A stretch of DNA of 64,000 nucleotides, from assembly GCA_963782625.1 (NCBI GenBank), contig CAWAKN010000013.1:55659-119658 (forward strand), in the 5' to 3' direction. A program made the translations under genes and the position numbers. The stretch is from an uncultured beta proteobacterium (GTDB lineage Bacteria; Pseudomonadota; Gammaproteobacteria; Burkholderiales; Casimicrobiaceae). Shown one piece after another: positions 60,674-64,000 of the stretch (the first letter of the stretch is position 1; each line of letters begins with the position of its first letter). Under the pieces are notes generated by a model. It was not told where the DNA came from and made no database searches. It worked only from the letters and a program-made list of their open reading frames with translations.

Positions 60674-61579
60674 ATGTACCCAGCTGACCGCAAATACACG
60701 AAAGACTTCGCGTGGGTCAAGATCGTGGACTCCAACGCCCTTATCGGCGTCACGGATTACGTTCTGGAAGTCTGGGGGAACCCGCCGTGATCGCGCTGCC
60801 TGAGGTCGGCCGTTCGCTGGCCGCCAACGAAGCGTTCGGTTCCCTCGAGGCGAGCAAGGCACTGGTCGAGCTCATGGCGCCAGTTGGTGGCGAGGTCGTG
60901 GAGATAAACGCCCAGCTGCGCGAAAATCCGAAGCGTCTCGTGAAGGACCCTTATGGGACGTGGATCATCAAGATGAAGCTGAAGGACCCAACGGAGCTCG
61001 CTACGTTGTTGTCCCGCGCGGAGGTCGCCGCGCTGGAGCAACGCAACCGGAACGCCAGGAACCGACCGCCCAAAATCCCGCCTGCATCTGGACGATCGAA
61101 ACCCGAGCCGCTCCCAAAAACGCCTGGGCCCGGACGAGCCCGCCCGATCCTCAGCCGCAACCGACACTCGAGCAGCGGCGCGCCATGGCGCTTGCCCTGC
61201 AGTGGTCGACACAGCTGAGGGACAGCCGGTTGCGTGGAGGCAACGACGCTTTCAGTGACCGGGACTACTCGGGCGGTTCAGGCTTTTCCTGGCGACAGCG
61301 GGATATCGTCTTCACGTCGACGCCCGTGTCCGGGGCGGGGCCCGACCGGCGCTATGCGTGGCGAGACACCAGGTCGGTTCGGGTGAGCGTTCCGGGGCTG
61401 GAGAGTACGACCTCTACGCATAAGGACTACCGGGTATCTGGGCGATCGAGGTGATCAGCAATGCGCCCTATCTCGTTCTGCAGGACAGCGAACGGGGGCG
61501 ACTGAGATATCGGCTCGAGGAAGGCGCACGCGGAACGGTCTTGCTGGACGGCCGGGAATACAACGTGAGCCGCATCTGA
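60674..61579 (+). CDS. Divergent GcvH-like lipoyl-carrier domain + Pro-rich linker + unknown domain (about 3 apparent frameshifts)
   Basis: MYPADRKYTKDFAWV..IGVTDY; LEASKA (lipoyl Lys), APVGGEVVEIN, DPYG.WI; downstream frames continue to DGREYNVSRI-stop. Confidence 0.65.
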
Positions 61580-61721
61580 CGGAATCTCGGCGCTTCATTG
61601 GCGTGACGCTGCGGCCGACCGGCTTGGCGCTCCGTCCCGGCATCCCGTGACGCTGGCGGTCACAACGGGCAAGATCCGGCAGTGCGAAGTTGGATCCCGC
61701 GCCAAGTGGCGCTACCGCCCG

Positions 61722-61865
61722 CTAGTGCGCGTGGCGAATAGGGGTCACCTTTGCCAACTCGAGTTTGTCCCCTCCAGGCATCGAAGAGAAGATGGCCAGG
61801 CCCAGAACACCAAAGGTACCGCCCAAAATGAACGCAACCACCACCCACCAGAGGGAAATCAGCAT
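61722..61865 (-). CDS. Small single-pass membrane protein, 47 aa (not in ORF track)
   Basis: GAGGAG RBS; MLISLWWVVVAFILGGTFGVLGLAIFSSMPGGDKLELAKVTPIRHAH. Confidence 0.55.
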   Translation of the reverse strand: MLISLWWVVVAFILGGTFGVLGLAIFSSMPGGDKLELAKVTPIRHAH

Positions 61866-62089
61866 CGGTCACTCCTCGATTTGGTTCAACGTCGGCCCGT
61901 AACCCCGAACCGCAGTATCCCCGGCAGTCAATCGTGCTCCGCCGGCCCTCCTACCGAGCAGCAATCACCATGCCCGGAATACGGGGCTGACCGGCGCGGC
62001 GACGGACGGCAGCGTGCCGCCCGGCCGTGAATCCAGTCGTATGGTCGCGGTCAGCAGGGCAGTCCGCCGGCGAGGATCCTGAGTACACT

Positions 62090-62104
62090 TGGCATCGACC
62101 TCGC
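62090..62104 (+). promoter_or_regulatory. Possible sigma54 promoter of the sheath gene
   Basis: TGGCATC-gacc-TCGC with GG-N10-GC spacing just upstream of the AAGGAGA RBS. Confidence 0.35.
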
Positions 62105-62129
62105 CAGCATCCGTGCGGAAGGAGATGTC

Positions 62130-64000
62130 GTGCCTGAGTATCTTGCCCCCGGCGTCTACATCGAAGAGGTTCCCTTTCGAAGCAAGCCGATCGAGGGAGT
62201 CAGTACCTCGACCGCGGGATTCGTCGGTCCGGCGCGATTTGGTCCGATTGGTTCGAAGCCTCGCGTGATCACCAGCCTGCAGGAGTTCGAACGCTTCTAC
62301 GGCGATGGCGGCCTGCTTGCTTTTTCCGACGCCGGTCAGATGCACAATTATCTCTGGCATGCCGCGCGCGCCTTCTTTGCGGAGGGAGGCCGGCGGCTTT
62401 ACATCGCTCGCATCTTCCTGCCGCGCGACAAGGACGATGAAGGCGTCGCCGGTTGTAGCCTGCCTGTCGATGGTGGCGCCGCTGCGCTGGGAATTCGCGC
62501 GTGTTTCCCGGGTGCGGCAGGCAACTTTCTCGTTCGCTTCACCGTCCGCGTCGGCGCCAACATCGTGAGCGGCGCGGCGGGCGCAGCTACCGTGGACGGG
62601 CTGCAGGAGGGTGACATTGTCTGGATCCGTCGCGCATCCAACCTGCCGTCCAATTCTCCGGCTGCTGGCGACCTCCTCGTGGCCACCTGGGAACGGTCGG
62701 AGCAGACATGGCGCTTCGGCAAATCCAGGACCGAGGGGCCCGGCGATGCGCAGCCAAACGTCCTCGGAACTGCCGCCACCTCGCTTGCGGCGTTGGACCC
62801 CGCCGGCGGGGACCAGCTGCGCGTCGCCGACATAACAATAAGCGTATTGCTCAACGACGGCTCCATGCGGGTGCGGGATCACGTACCGCCCGACCCGTTC
62901 CGCCTGCTCGCCATCGTTGGCATCTGCCAGACGGCATTCCCGCTAATGATCACGCCAGGGGGTGGCATCAAGGATGGGCTGGATGTCCTGAATGCCCTCT
63001 TTGCGGTAAAGCCATCGCTGCGCGCGGCGCTGGACGACACCCACAGTACTGAGTCGGAAAGGTCGGTCGACGTGTTGCTCGCCGGCGGGAATGACGGTGC
63101 GCGGCCGACCGACGACGCCTTCGCGGGAAATCCAGATTTGCCGGGCACCGCCAAGACAGGTCTGCGAGCATTTGAAGACGTCGAGGAAATCTCGATCGTC
63201 GCGGCCCCAGGGGCCACGCTTGGCTACCCGGGTGCATTCAAGGAGGAGGCGGATCGCATCGTAGATCACCTGATTGCGCATGCTGAGCGGATGCGGTATC
63301 GCATCGCCGTCCTGGATAGTGGGGCGGGTATGGACTCCTCGGAAGTGCGAGCCATGCGCGCCAAGCTCGACTCGAAATCCGCTGCGCTGTACTACCCGTG
63401 GGTACGGACCCGCGATCCGATCACCGGGCAGGACATCGACCTGCCTCCCAGCGGATTCGTTGCCGGGATCTACGCGCGCAATGACTTCGAGAAAGGTGTG
63501 AGCAAGGCTCCAACGAACCAGGTGGTGAAACTGGCAATCGGTCTGGAGACTTCGCTCAACGACGCGCAGCAGGATGCGTTGAATCCGGAAGGCATCAACT
63601 GCCTCCGCAATTTCGTTGGACGCGGCATCTTCGTGTGGGGCGCGCGCACGGTGTGTTCGGACCCGGACTGGAAATATGTCAACGTTCGCCGCTACTTTGC
63701 CTACCTGGAACACTCCATCGATCGCGGCACACAGTGGACGGTGTTCGAGCCGAACGGTGAAGCACTGTGGGCCGCCGTCAAACGCAACATCGAAGACTTC
63801 CTTCTCAATGAATGGCAGACGGGGGCGCTGCTGGGTTACAAGCCGGAAATGGCCTTCTTCGTGCGTTGTGACCGGTCGACCATGACTCAGAACGACCTGG
63901 ACAACGGGCGATTGATCTGTTTGATCGGCGTGGCGCCGCTGAAGCCAGCCGAGTTTGTGATCTTCCGCATCGGCCTGTGGACGACCGATAGGAGTAACTA
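62130..64000 (+). CDS. Contractile tail sheath protein, eCIS (Afp/PVC)-type; runs to window edge, not in ORF track
   Basis: Hand translation: MPEYLAPGVYIEEV..IEGVSTSTAGFVG; C-terminal YVNVRRYF..VFEPN..NGRLICLIGVAPLKPAEFVIFRI in the same frame; window ends in TA, probably the stop. Confidence 0.93.
   Translation, partial: MPEYLAPGVYIEEVPFRSKPIEGVSTSTAGFVGPARFGPIGSKPRVITSLQEFERFYGDGGLLAFSDAGQMHNYLWHAARAFFAEGGRRLYIARIFLPRDKDDEGVAGCSLPVDGGAAALGIRACFPGAAGNFLVRFTVRVGANIVSGAAGAATVDGLQEGDIVWIRRASNLPSNSPAAGDLLVATWERSEQTWRFGKSRTEGPGDAQPNVLGTAATSLAALDPAGGDQLRVADITISVLLNDGSMRVRDHVPPDPFRLLAIVGICQTAFPLMITPGGGIKDGLDVLNALFAVKPSLRAALDDTHSTESERSVDVLLAGGNDGARPTDDAFAGNPDLPGTAKTGLRAFEDVEEISIVAAPGATLGYPGAFKEEADRIVDHLIAHAERMRYRIAVLDSGAGMDSSEVRAMRAKLDSKSAALYYPWVRTRDPITGQDIDLPPSGFVAGIYARNDFEKGVSKAPTNQVVKLAIGLETSLNDAQQDALNPEGINCLRNFVGRGIFVWGARTVCSDPDWKYVNVRRYFAYLEHSIDRGTQWTVFEPNGEALWAAVKRNIEDFLLNEWQTGALLGYKPEMAFFVRCDRSTMTQNDLDNGRLICLIGVAPLKPAEFVIFRIGLWTTDRSN

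Overview
High-GC bacterial chromosomal window. The aspS-nudB and rimP-nusA-infB-rbfA-truB-rpsO-pnp blocks look betaproteobacterial (inference from protein sequence style). Many single-base frameshifts, including in essential genes, point to an unpolished long-read assembly. The most unusual locus is a tightly coupled minus-strand operon (6820-12803): a ~1030-aa protein made of ~19 tandem 29-aa amphipathic repeats plus a C-terminal HExxH zincin domain, a stand-alone gingipain-like (C25) Cys peptidase, an ACP, a ketosynthase and a short catalytically dead KS-like partner. It is a candidate protein-lipidation or maturation system. A second locus (33485-39382) combines a P450, a FAAL-ACP didomain, two lipid-A-type acyltransferases and a PPTase. 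Also present: RNase/barstar pair, a heavily frameshifted subtilase, cydAB, an M11-like secreted metalloprotease with Ig/discoidin repeats, two cyclase-STAND-TPR proteins, a Liv-type ABC transporter with a VOC enzyme, a formyltransferase-ACT fusion, a GcvH-like fusion and, at the right edge, an eCIS-type contractile sheath gene missing from the ORF track. No tRNA, rRNA, CRISPR array or transposase was seen. Family assignments come from motif recognition by eye, not database searches.
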